Below are positions 19,282-28,844 of a stretch of DNA of 64,000 nt, in pieces. How positions within the stretch are numbered: the stretch's first letter is position 1; the number at the start of each line of letters is the position of its first letter. The stretch covers positions 288,001-352,000 of the forward strand of contig OZ242311.1 of NCBI GenBank assembly GCA_965207885.1. Direction: 5' to 3'. The notes under the pieces are model-generated. The model did not search any database, was not told the origin of the DNA, and was given only the letters and a program-made list of their open reading frames with translations. A program made the translations under genes and the position numbers. The DNA comes from Candidatus Latescibacterota bacterium. Lineage in GTDB: Bacteria > Latescibacterota > UBA2968.

Positions 19282-19290
19282 GACACTACC
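19262..19290 (-). repeat. Right terminal inverted repeat of IS1-family element
   Basis: ACCGCAAAATTTCAAACTGAGACACTACC. Confidence 0.9.
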
Positions 19291-20215
19291 GGATTTCCTG
19301 CTCGTACACGGGCGCGTACTTGCCAAAACGCCCGCGCTCACCTACATTGGTACCGTGATCCCCAGCGACAATGATCGCGGTATTTTTGCTCAGACCCGTG
19401 GCGTCAAAAGCCTCGAGAAACCGCCCGAAGCAATGATCCATCCACGTGACCTTGGCCGCGTAACTCGCTTTGAGGCGCGCTCTGGCTTCATCGGGCAAAT
19501 TGGGATTGTTGCGTCCCCCACCCTGAAAAGCGCGGGGATCAAGCCGCCCATCATAACCGGGGGTCTTGTCGTATTTCAGCATAAAGGCCGGGGGCACGTC
19601 CCACGGTTCGTGAGGGTCGAAGCAGTCAATCCAAAGAAAGAAATTTTCTCGCCGCGCATTATCCCGCAAGAATTGAGCTGCCGTATTGAACAGCTTCGCG
19701 CAATTCCAATCGTCTAAATTTGTGCGTCCCCGATTGGTACGGGCATACGTGTAATTGTGTTTTGTCAGATCCGCATCTTCGCCCAAAACATCGAATAAAG
19801 GATCTCTGCACCAGTTGCTGGGCCACTGCGCTTCATCGTCCATCCATGCGCGGTCAACTTCTGCACCGCGGATAAATGTCCACGTGTGGAAGGGATAATC
19901 AAATGCGTGCCCACCGTTGACGAGATGAGGCGTATCGTGAATGAGCTGTGTCGCGTATCCGGCTTCCCCCAGAACAGAGGGAAGAGACCGAGTATCAAAA
20001 GGCAAGGGTTTCCAAGTGTGGAACGGACTGCCGTATTTCCCGGTCATAACATCCGTGCGATAGGGAATGGTGGGAAAGCTGGCGGCAAAAGCCCGATCAA
20101 AACACCATGACTGCGCAGATAGACGGTCGAGATTGGGCGTTTCGATCCAGTCATTTCCGTTTGCACCAATATAGTCGTAGCGCATTGTATCAATAATAAT
20201 GAGGACAATATTCAT
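19286..20215 (-). pseudogene. Sulfatase-like hydrolase truncated by IS1-family element
   Basis: NIVLIIIDTMRYD, TIPYR, FDPHEPW, GDHG; ends at the IS IR after about 309 aa, while the paralog at 27226 is 482 aa. Confidence 0.8.
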
Positions 20216-20237
20216 AGAAACCTCCAGGAATATATCT

Positions 20238-20435
20238 ATGCAAAAACACATCGATGAATTCAAGCGGGACGGTTATACCGTTTTGAAAGAATTATTTGAT
20301 CGCGAGACCACCGAACAGTGGAAGGCGGTTTTCGACGATCTGGTAACGCGACAATCCGCACCAGAGGAAATATTGTGGAAGCGGTGGATTGCAGAAGACC
20401 GACAAACCACAATTATCGCGAATTGTCCCTTTTAA
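20238..20435 (+). pseudogene. N-terminal fragment of a PhyH-like dioxygenase
   Basis: MQKHIDEFKRDGYTVLKELFD is a typical PhyH N-terminus; ends after 65 aa against a convergent gene. Confidence 0.55.
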
Positions 20436-22471
20436 AAATTGACCTTGTATTGTTCGAGGGCCTCGAGCGCCTCATTATCGGGGTGGGGGTATATGTCGCG
20501 GGATTTCGCAAAAGACGCAACAGCTTCTACTCTCTTCCCCTGTTTTTGCAGTAGGCTACCCTTCAAGTAGTATAGCAGTGCCAGGGGTTTCTTTCTCAGT
20601 GCGTCGTGTTTGAGAGTCTCTGCCCTATCTAACCACGTTGAGACCTGTTCCCAGTGCGAGCTATTTCCATGCCTTATCAGTGTGTTGGCCATGCTGATGA
20701 GGCACACATAGCTTCCCTCTGCGAGGCGGAACAATTCCTGCATTGAAGTGAGAAGCCCCGAATCACCAGAAAAATAAATCAAACCCAAATATCGCCCGTA
20801 CTGGAACAACAAGTTGTTTCGAACTACGCGCTCCCAGCGATCAATGGGTTGCAGATGCATCAGATAGGTGAAAAATTCCTCTCCATGTGAATAACGCGCT
20901 ATCGTTATGTTACCCGGCTTGCCACCTTTAACCACCTCCCAGAGGAAACCATATATCAATTTCTCTCGATCACGAAAATCGCGAAAAATGTTGAGATCGA
21001 AAGAAAAAAAGAGGGCGCGTTCTGTCGAATCGGTGAATTTTACCAAAACCTCCTCCTTCTTTTCGGGAGGCAAAGTTCCTTCGTAGAGCCGTTTGCCATA
21101 GGCCAATGCTCCATAATGGTACAACTCGATATCTGGACGGCGGTTCTCAACGTAGTGAAAGAAACCCAAGAGGAAAGAGGATGTGTCGTCGTGTACAATC
21201 AGGACTGCATTTGGTGGAAGGAGACTAAATACCATGTCCGCATAGTGCTCGGCAAAGTCGCTGTCGGATCGATCATTGACCCGCCAGTGTTCGTGCACCG
21301 ACCACGCAATCATCGCAGCGCCCACCAGCACTGCCATACCAATTTTGAGTCCCGATTCACGGGCAAATTTGGAGGACAACCGTTCCGCCAGCCAGTCGAG
21401 CACAACCTGCAATCCAACGCCCAGCCACAGAGCCGCTATGCCATAACACAACAGGGAATAGGGACGGAAGATCGCGCCCCAGAAAAAGTCAAAATCGAAG
21501 CCCAGCAAGGCGATCAGCACGATGCTATTGCCCAAAAACACCAGCAATCCCGAACCCGCTTTTGCGATCTGCCGCCGCCGAAACAGAATGATCAGGCCGA
21601 ACACGGCGAGTGCAAATCCCGGCAGCGTCAATTGCCACAAAAATTCATTGCCAAGCCATTGCATGAACCCGAATCGGTCATTCCATCCGGCGCTGGGGCT
21701 GGTATCTACTGTAGCATAGCCCTCCCGACTGAAGTAGAACCAGAATTCTTTCAGAGTATCGATAGAGCCGTAAAAATTGATCAGGGGATCTTGATGCGAC
21801 CGCCAGACCATCCAGGCATAAGGTAATGCCGCACACGGCAGGGAAATCCCTAAAAGTAGCGGCAGTTTCCGATACACGGTGCGCCAAATGGGAAAGACCA
21901 ATAACATCAAACCCGGCGTTGAAAGCACCATCAGCGGCCAGTGATTGGCCAAACTCAATCCATAAGCGATAGCCGTGGCAATCCAGATCCCGGTACGCTG
22001 CGGCTGGCGGATGCCGTACAAAAGCAACATGTAGAGACCAAAAAAGAACAGCGCATTGAGTGTATAAACCTCGGCGATAATAGCCTGAGACCAGAAATGC
22101 TCAGAAGCGGCAAACAGCCATGTAGCGATCAGGCCTGGAATTGGCGATGCACCCAACAGGCGGGCACACACATAAACGCAGCCGCAGGTGAGCGCGCCCA
22201 ATACCGCACTGGACAAATGACCGAGAAAAGCAACACTACCAAAGGGCAATTGCGTAAACAGATAGACAATAAGGGTATAGAGTGGATAGCCCGGCGGATG
22301 CGTCACACCGAGGTGTGCTCCAGCCATGAGAAACAAGCCATCGTCTTCCTGAACAACAGTGCGCGGCATACTAAGCACATAAAGCACGAGCGGGGCGACA
22401 ACTGATGCGGCCAATGCGATCCCATCGCGCAAGAGATTAAATACTTCAACCTGGGCAGGTGCACGATTCAT
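20432..22471 (-). CDS. DUF2723 (TMEM260-like) GT-C membrane glycosyltransferase with C-terminal TPR
   Basis: DDGLF..GVTHPPGYPLY, FWSQAIIAEVYTL, ANHW, RPDI motifs. Confidence 0.85.
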   Translation of the reverse strand: MNRAPAQVEVFNLLRDGIALAASVVAPLVLYVLSMPRTVVQEDDGLFLMAGAHLGVTHPPGYPLYTLIVYLFTQLPFGSVAFLGHLSSAVLGALTCGCVYVCARLLGASPIPGLIATWLFAASEHFWSQAIIAEVYTLNALFFFGLYMLLLYGIRQPQRTGIWIATAIAYGLSLANHWPLMVLSTPGLMLLVFPIWRTVYRKLPLLLGISLPCAALPYAWMVWRSHQDPLINFYGSIDTLKEFWFYFSREGYATVDTSPSAGWNDRFGFMQWLGNEFLWQLTLPGFALAVFGLIILFRRRQIAKAGSGLLVFLGNSIVLIALLGFDFDFFWGAIFRPYSLLCYGIAALWLGVGLQVVLDWLAERLSSKFARESGLKIGMAVLVGAAMIAWSVHEHWRVNDRSDSDFAEHYADMVFSLLPPNAVLIVHDDTSSFLLGFFHYVENRRPDIELYHYGALAYGKRLYEGTLPPEKKEEVLVKFTDSTERALFFSFDLNIFRDFRDREKLIYGFLWEVVKGGKPGNITIARYSHGEEFFTYLMHLQPIDRWERVVRNNLLFQYGRYLGLIYFSGDSGLLTSMQELFRLAEGSYVCLISMANTLIRHGNSSHWEQVSTWLDRAETLKHDALRKKPLALLYYLKGSLLQKQGKRVEAVASFAKSRDIYPHPDNEALEALEQYKVNF

Positions 22472-22475
22472 TTCT

Positions 22476-23252
22476 TCACACTTCCTGCACCACCAGCGGA
22501 CGCCTTCCAGCAGATGGCGGCGTCAAGATACGCCGCTGTTGATCTGATGGGTTGGTATAGTCATCCGCATTGTAAAACTTATTGGAATACGCCAGATGCC
22601 CCGGCGCGTATTTATACAGAAATGCGCGGCGTTCATGGCCTGCTCTCCACGGCATCGTGCCGTGCATCAGCGCCTCTGTAAAAATCAATGCATCGCCTGC
22701 TTCCACTTCTGGTTGAACCATATAATCGGGAACGCGTTCAAAACCTCGCACTTCGGGTGGCACATTTTGTCCAAAATTGGTCTTATGGCTTCCGGGAATA
22801 CACGCAAAGCCGCCATCTCCCGCCTTTGCATCCGCCAAAAAGAACGTCACCACACTCAACCCATTCAACATCTCACCTTCCAGATACAGGTACTTGCGCT
22901 GGCTGCCCGTATGTCCTCCGGGCGCACCGTGCAGGCGACCACATGCAGCCCCCGGCCTCATAAAAATGCAATAATCGTGATCGAGCCGAAAAGCTGGACC
23001 GAGCAATTCAATTAAATACGGCAAAATACGCGGGTGATCAATCAGTGCCTGTGTCTCTGGCGACCACGCAGACACGCGCCCCACTTGTCGGCGACCAACT
23101 CGCCCCTTTGAGTCCTTGCCCGGATCGTCGTAATCTCGCACAAATGTCGCATCAGCGACTTCATTGAGCCGTTTGACTGCCTCGGGCGTCAACACATTTT
23201 TGATGACCAGATATCCCTCGAGGTCAAACATAAACCTTTCTTCTGGTGTCAT
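22476..23252 (-). CDS. PhyH-family Fe(II)/2OG enzyme (H-G-A variant)
   Basis: FDLEGYLVIKNVL, LHGA, GGFACIPGSHK, AGDALIFTEALMHGT, ERR. Confidence 0.85.
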   Translation of the reverse strand: MTPEERFMFDLEGYLVIKNVLTPEAVKRLNEVADATFVRDYDDPGKDSKGRVGRRQVGRVSAWSPETQALIDHPRILPYLIELLGPAFRLDHDYCIFMRPGAACGRLHGAPGGHTGSQRKYLYLEGEMLNGLSVVTFFLADAKAGDGGFACIPGSHKTNFGQNVPPEVRGFERVPDYMVQPEVEAGDALIFTEALMHGTMPWRAGHERRAFLYKYAPGHLAYSNKFYNADDYTNPSDQQRRILTPPSAGRRPLVVQEV

Positions 23253-23266
23253 TTCGCCCTCCTCTT

Positions 23267-24412
23267 TCAAATATAATTCGTCGAACCATCAGGCGCTTTA
23301 GTACTCCCCCGTTCCCAGTGGACGTATTCACCAGCCCTGATGACTTCTTCATTCACTTCCACACCCAAACCGGGGCGGTCTGGCCTCAGTTCCAAATATC
23401 CATCCACGGGCCAATAGGGTTCATCCAGCCAGTTCAGGGCATTGTTTTCATCGGGCAGGTGATATTCCAGAATTTTGAAATTGGGCGTGGCCGCGGCAAA
23501 TTGGACATTGACCGCTGTAGCCAACGGTCCCATCGGATTGTGCGGTGCCACCGACACATAATGCGCCTGTGCAATCGCAGCGATCTTCCGCATCTCCAAC
23601 AACCCACCGCATATACAAATGTCTGGCTGAATAATATCCGCGCCATCTTTCGACATCAAATCCAAAAACTCAAACTTCGTGTACAGAGATTCACCCGTTG
23701 CCAGCGGCACCTGCATTTGTGAACGCAAGCGCGCCCACGCATCGCTGTTCTCGGGCCTTAACGGTTCTTCATAGAAAAGCGGATCGTAAGGGGCAAGGGC
23801 GTTGGCCAGTTGCAATGCGCGAATTGGCTCAAAAATTTTGGCATGTGGATCAAATGCAAATTCCCAGTTGTCATCCGAATACTTTCGCAATGCCTCGAAA
23901 TAATCGGCGGCAGCCGCGCATACCCGACCCCATCGGTCTGCACTGGGATCCAGACGAAACGGACTGGTTTTAAATGCCGTAATGCCGTGCTCTTCATTTA
24001 GCTGGCGCGCAACTCTTGCTGCTTCCCTGCCGTCTTTTCCACCAACACTCCGATAAACCTGAATGCGATCGCGCACAGCACCGCCCAACATCATATAAAC
24101 CGGCAATCCCGCTGCTTTGCCACTGATATCCCACAGCGCGTGGTCCAGCCCCGACATAGCGGAAAGACCTATTGCCCCGGGTGGAAATCTGAACTGCTGA
24201 AACAGCTTGAGCATGATATATTCAATCCGCCGCGGATCTTCGCCTTTAACCAGCTCAAAAATATAATCCATCGTTGGACCAATTGCCAGATCGGGACCGG
24301 GGCTATAACACTCTCCCCATCCGTAAATGCCTTCGTCAGTTTCGACCTTCACCAGCGCACGAGACCGCTGCCCCATGCTCGCCATAAACGTCTTGATCGC
24401 TGTAATCTTCAT
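23267..24412 (-). CDS. Mandelate racemase/galactonate dehydratase-like enolase-superfamily enzyme
   Basis: VETDEGIYGWGE, ALWDI.GK, EEP, ATGE, QPD, APHNP.GP. Confidence 0.9.
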   Translation of the reverse strand: MKITAIKTFMASMGQRSRALVKVETDEGIYGWGECYSPGPDLAIGPTMDYIFELVKGEDPRRIEYIMLKLFQQFRFPPGAIGLSAMSGLDHALWDISGKAAGLPVYMMLGGAVRDRIQVYRSVGGKDGREAARVARQLNEEHGITAFKTSPFRLDPSADRWGRVCAAAADYFEALRKYSDDNWEFAFDPHAKIFEPIRALQLANALAPYDPLFYEEPLRPENSDAWARLRSQMQVPLATGESLYTKFEFLDLMSKDGADIIQPDICICGGLLEMRKIAAIAQAHYVSVAPHNPMGPLATAVNVQFAAATPNFKILEYHLPDENNALNWLDEPYWPVDGYLELRPDRPGLGVEVNEEVIRAGEYVHWERGSTKAPDGSTNYI

Positions 24413-24414
24413 AT

Positions 24415-25287
24415 CTATCCTCCCACTTTGCACGCCACGCGATAAACATCCGTTCGCGCTGTAAAAAACAACGTCTTCCGATCTTCGCCGCCCCAGTTCA
24501 AATTGGCAGCGGGAAGAGGCAGTCTAATTTTCCCAAGAAGGTCACCCGCAGGATTAAACACCCAGACAGCCCCAGGCCCCGTGCAATATATATTCCCATG
24601 GCGATCCAGCTTCATGCCATCGGGTGCACCATCTTCGTCGCCTTTCAGTTCCGCCAATACTCTGCCATTTGCGAGAGAGCCATCATCCTGCACGTCAAAT
24701 GCGCGAATATGTCCCCGTTGCGTGTCATCGACGTACAGGGTCTTTTCATCGGCTGTTATCGCCAACCCATTGGGGCGTTCAAAATCGTCAATCAAAAGAA
24801 CGGGTTCTGATTCGCCTACAGGCAGGCGATACACCCCCAGAAACGGCAATTCCTGTTCTGCCACCACGCCGTGGCTGCTCGACAGACCATACGGAGGATC
24901 CGTGAAAATGATGTCCCCATTCTGACATACAACCAGATCATTGGGTGAATTGAGTTTTTTGCCCTGATAGGAATCCGCCAGCGTCTTCAACTCGCCATCT
25001 GCCTCAACGCTCACCCGCCGGCCAGAGTGCTCGCACGAAAGAAGCCGCCCCTGTCCATCCAGAGTCAATCCATTTGAATGATAACTCGGCTGACGATATG
25101 CGACTATCCCCCCTTCTGGCGTCCACTTAAAAATGGTATTTTCCGGAATATCCGAAAAAAACAAACAGACTTGTGCGGGGTCCCAGACCGGACCTTCGGT
25201 GAACTGAAACCCATCTGCAACCAATTCGGGTTCTGCCGCGGGATCGACCAGATCAGCCATCTCGTCCCGAATAACTTCAATACCCAT
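24415..25287 (-). CDS. SMP-30/gluconolactonase family protein
   Basis: FTEGPVW, FSDIP, NSPND, FTDPPYG, PNGLA, PDGMKLD. Confidence 0.92.
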   Translation of the reverse strand: MGIEVIRDEMADLVDPAAEPELVADGFQFTEGPVWDPAQVCLFFSDIPENTIFKWTPEGGIVAYRQPSYHSNGLTLDGQGRLLSCEHSGRRVSVEADGELKTLADSYQGKKLNSPNDLVVCQNGDIIFTDPPYGLSSSHGVVAEQELPFLGVYRLPVGESEPVLLIDDFERPNGLAITADEKTLYVDDTQRGHIRAFDVQDDGSLANGRVLAELKGDEDGAPDGMKLDRHGNIYCTGPGAVWVFNPAGDLLGKIRLPLPAANLNWGGEDRKTLFFTARTDVYRVACKVGG

Positions 25288-25329
25288 TGTATGAACCTTT
25301 CATAAAAAGTTGTAAAAAACAAAAAATAG

Positions 25330-25527
25330 TTATGCGGTCACTTCCTGAAATGAAAATTCCCGGAGTCCTGCATTGGCTTTGGCGTGCTCAATTGTCATAC
25401 TTACCAGATTCCCCTCTTCATCGAGATCGACATAGATGTTTTCATTAATTTCTCTGGTCTCAAAAATTTTTTTATCTACAAATTCAACCAGTGCCGTATC
25501 GGTATCGGAAAAGTATCGTACTTTCAT
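25330..25527 (-). CDS. DUF2283 putative antitoxin
   Basis: MKVRYFSDTDTALVEF...VDLDEEGNLVSMTIEHA. Confidence 0.85.
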   Translation of the reverse strand: MKVRYFSDTDTALVEFVDKKIFETREINENIYVDLDEEGNLVSMTIEHAKANAGLREFSFQEVTA

Positions 25528-25769
25528 ATCTCATTCTCCTCTTCAAAATCTCTATCAAAAAAAGCATTGTGAACCGTTTCTCCGTCTTCTAATAAAACGA
25601 CTCTTAGATATTTGTCGGCTTCAGATATTTTAGCCCACATTCGCATTCTGCCATCGGTCTGTATCTCTGTTCTCAAAGGATTATTGATTGTATATTGAAT
25701 CCATTCGTCTGTAATATTGATGCGATCAGGTCGCTTGCGAGTGTGTTTGAAATATTCGGTTGTTTTCAT
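25524..25769 (-). CDS. DUF4258-like putative RNase toxin
   Basis: Q.DGR.R.W..I....YLRVVLLEDGETVHNAFFDR; overlaps the DUF2283 start. Confidence 0.75.
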   Translation of the reverse strand: MKTTEYFKHTRKRPDRINITDEWIQYTINNPLRTEIQTDGRMRMWAKISEADKYLRVVLLEDGETVHNAFFDRDFEEENEI

Positions 25770-25858
25770 TTAGATCGCCTAAAATTCAGAACGACACTGA
25801 TGGCAATGGATTAATTTACGGGCATTCATACACATCGGCAACCGTTAAAGGAGGGGTT

Positions 25859-27091
25859 ATGGAGCGCGTAATCAGCCTGCTGGGTCTGGTCGTCATGATG
25901 GGCCTGGCCTGGGCTATGAGTGAGCATAAAAAGCAAGTGAGCCTTCGCGTGGTCTGGGGCGGGCTGTTGTTGCAGTTTGTCCTCGCGGTATTCATTTTGA
26001 AAACGTCAATAGGTGCGGCCATATTTCAGAGTATTGGAGATTTTTTCACCGCCACATTGGGCTTTGTCGATGCGGGCACAAGCCTGGTATTTGGAGAAGA
26101 ATACGTACACCATTTCTTTGCCTTCAAAGTATTGCCCACCATCATCTTCTTTTCGTCACTGATGTCCATCCTCTACTACCTCGGCATCATTCAAAAAGTC
26201 GTCGAAGCATTTGCCTATGTCATGCAACGCACACTGGGAACATCCGGATCGGAAACACTCTCTGCAGCAGCCAATATCTTTGTCGGACAAACAGAAGCCC
26301 CGCTGATGGTGCGCCCATACATAAGCAGCATGACAAAATCGGAACTCATGGCATTGATGGTCGGTGGCTTTGCGACAATCGCCGGTGGCGTCCTGGTCGC
26401 CTATGTGGGTATGGGCATTGACGCGGGACATCTCGTAGCCGCATCGGTCATCTCCGCACCTGCAGCATTGCTAATTTCCAAACTGATGATTCCCGAAATC
26501 GAGCAATCCATGACCAGGGGACACGTTGAATTAAGTGTGGATGAAAAACACGCCAATATCGTGGATGCAGCGACTAAAGGGGCATTAGACGGCATGAAAC
26601 TAACCCTAAACGTCGTCGCAATGCTCATCGCTTTCCTTGCCCTTGTCGCACTGGTCGATGCTGTTCTCGGTTTGATTGGTGAGTGGATTGGCGCGCTCCT
26701 TGGATACAACTGGCACTGGTCCCTTGCCGCACTTTTCGGTTATATCTTTGCACCATTTGCCTATTTGCTGGGCATTCCGTGGTCCGATTGCTTCTATGCT
26801 GGCGAATTACTGGGCAAAAAGATGGTGCTCAACGAATTTATCGCCTATGCACAAATGATGGAATGGTCCCAGTCCGATTCCGGCGTGGTCTTGAGCGAGC
26901 GGAGCACCTTGATACTGACGTATGCATTGTGCGGCTTTGCCAACTTTGGCAGCGTGGGCATCCAAATCGGCGGCATCGGCGGCATTGCCCCAGAACGCCG
27001 CACAGAATTAGCCATCCTCGGCATACGCGCCATGATCGGCGGCACACTTGCAATGATGATGACCGCCTGTGTTGCGGGTATTTTGATCTAA
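25859..27091 (+). CDS. NupC/NupG (CNT) nucleoside transporter
   Basis: AANIFVGQTEAPL, GFATIAG, NEFIAY, YALCGFAN; start MERVISLL after GGAGG. Confidence 0.92.
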   Translation: MERVISLLGLVVMMGLAWAMSEHKKQVSLRVVWGGLLLQFVLAVFILKTSIGAAIFQSIGDFFTATLGFVDAGTSLVFGEEYVHHFFAFKVLPTIIFFSSLMSILYYLGIIQKVVEAFAYVMQRTLGTSGSETLSAAANIFVGQTEAPLMVRPYISSMTKSELMALMVGGFATIAGGVLVAYVGMGIDAGHLVAASVISAPAALLISKLMIPEIEQSMTRGHVELSVDEKHANIVDAATKGALDGMKLTLNVVAMLIAFLALVALVDAVLGLIGEWIGALLGYNWHWSLAALFGYIFAPFAYLLGIPWSDCFYAGELLGKKMVLNEFIAYAQMMEWSQSDSGVVLSERSTLILTYALCGFANFGSVGIQIGGIGGIAPERRTELAILGIRAMIGGTLAMMMTACVAGILI

Positions 27092-27225
27092 AAAAACGCG
27101 GTTGGTTGACTTTTATTGTTGGGTATAGTAATTTCGAACATAACCAGCAGTTCCGACGAAGCGACGACGACTTAGAAACCGATGGTCGTCCAAGGGACGA
27201 TCATAGAGAGGTTAATAGGTAAAAA

Positions 27226-28674
27226 ATGAAAAATATTGTTTTACTTATCACCGATACCTTTCGGTATGACAATCTCGGCGAGCGGGCGAGACGTCCGATT
27301 CGCACGCCAATGCTCGATAAATTTGAGGCAGAACGAGCGACTGCTGTTGACAAATTCTATATGAGTAGTTTCCCGACGGTACCGCACCGCACAGATATTA
27401 TGACGGGAACAGTCGGGTGGCCCCACTACCCGTGGCAGCCAATCGATCTGAGCGGACGGAACATCACCGCGCAACTTCTGAGTGAGCAGGGATACGCAAC
27501 GCAGCTCATCTGTGACACCCCGCACCTGTTTAACACACGGTTCCAGCACTGTTTCGATGCCGCTTTCCAGGATCGTGGACAGGAAGGAGACAAACCGCTT
27601 CTCCACCTCAACGATGAAATAAAAATCGTTATGCCGAATGAAAAGACGCGACCGCATCCATCATACCGCGGACACACCCTACCAAACACGCACCGCTGGA
27701 CGAACCGCTACTACCAGTACGAGGCGGAAACGTTCTCCAGTAGAACTTCCGAGACTACAATTCGATGGTTGGAGGAAAACCACCGCTCGGGTCCCTTTTT
27801 CCTCTGGGTTGACTTCTTTGATCCACACGAACCGTGGGACCCACCTGAATACCTCGTCAAACGATACGATCCAGATTATACCGGTCCACCGATGATACAT
27901 CCGAACTACGGTCTGTCGTCCCTCTTTACGGATGCGGAATTGCACAACCTCTGGGCACACTACGCAGCAGAGGCAGAACTCATTGACCGACACATCGGAC
28001 GGGTTCTGCAGAAAGTGGAAGATCTGGAATTATGGGATGATACCCTCGTCGTTGTGCTTTCCGACCACGGCATGTCCATCGGTGAACACAGTAGAACGGG
28101 CAAATCCAACATCGATCCAGACGATTCACGCTACTGGCCCACGTATCCAGAGATTAACCATGAGATGTTCCTGATTGCTGGTGGAGATGTTCCGTGCGGG
28201 CAACGCCTCGATCTTATCGCGCAACCGATGGATATTATGCCGACACTCTGTGAATTGGCTGGTGTTACCCTGGATCCACCCAAACCATTTGAGGGACATT
28301 CCTTCACACAGGCTCTCCTTAACGGTGATACACAACACAGGGAATACGCCGTAACAGGTTGCCATATCGGCGCACCGGATGGGAGTGTACCACGTCGAGC
28401 AACAACGCCGTTCCTCGTCACCGAACGCTGGGGATACGCACCTGTCGGTGAATACGGTAGACCGGAACTGTTCGACCTGCCCGCAGACCCCATAGCGGAG
28501 AACAACATCGCTGCGGATAACATGGAACTCGTCAAGGAATTGCATGAACTCTTTATGGCGCATCTCACGGAGCATAATGCGCCTGAGAAGTTCCTTGATC
28601 TCTGGAAGGAAGAACCCTCCGGCGACGGACGCGGCAAATGGTCGATCGACTATCCTGACGAGTCAGATGAATAG
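27226..28674 (+). CDS. Sulfatase-like alkaline phosphatase superfamily hydrolase (TxPxR)
   Basis: NIVLLITDTFRYD, SFPTVPHR, FDPHEPW, SDHG, ELFDL..DP. Confidence 0.85.
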   Translation: MKNIVLLITDTFRYDNLGERARRPIRTPMLDKFEAERATAVDKFYMSSFPTVPHRTDIMTGTVGWPHYPWQPIDLSGRNITAQLLSEQGYATQLICDTPHLFNTRFQHCFDAAFQDRGQEGDKPLLHLNDEIKIVMPNEKTRPHPSYRGHTLPNTHRWTNRYYQYEAETFSSRTSETTIRWLEENHRSGPFFLWVDFFDPHEPWDPPEYLVKRYDPDYTGPPMIHPNYGLSSLFTDAELHNLWAHYAAEAELIDRHIGRVLQKVEDLELWDDTLVVVLSDHGMSIGEHSRTGKSNIDPDDSRYWPTYPEINHEMFLIAGGDVPCGQRLDLIAQPMDIMPTLCELAGVTLDPPKPFEGHSFTQALLNGDTQHREYAVTGCHIGAPDGSVPRRATTPFLVTERWGYAPVGEYGRPELFDLPADPIAENNIAADNMELVKELHELFMAHLTEHNAPEKFLDLWKEEPSGDGRGKWSIDYPDESDE

Positions 28675-28686
28675 AAATTGGTAAAA

Positions 28687-28716
28687 GGCGGGACACCGAA
28701 GTGTTCCGCCCTTTTT
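28687..28716 (+). terminator. Rho-independent terminator
   Basis: GGCGGGACAC-CGAA-GTGTTCCGCC-CTTTTT. Confidence 0.75.
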
Positions 28717-28844
28717 GTATTCATACTTTATCCCTGCACCGACGCTCAATCTCAAAAAGCTTCGGATGCTCCCCACCTCAGAAAGGGATGATCTGGTTTC
28801 CAAATTTCCTTTTGCTTTTCATTCCTAAATGAAGTACTGAAAAC

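Larger units (their letters stand above)
16525..19290 (+). mobile_element. IS1-family element carrying passenger genes (2766 bp)
   Basis: 29-bp terminal inverted repeats GGTAGTGTCTCAGTTTGAAA(A/T)TTTGCGGT (28/29 identical); IS1-type DDE transposase at the right end. Confidence 0.9.
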
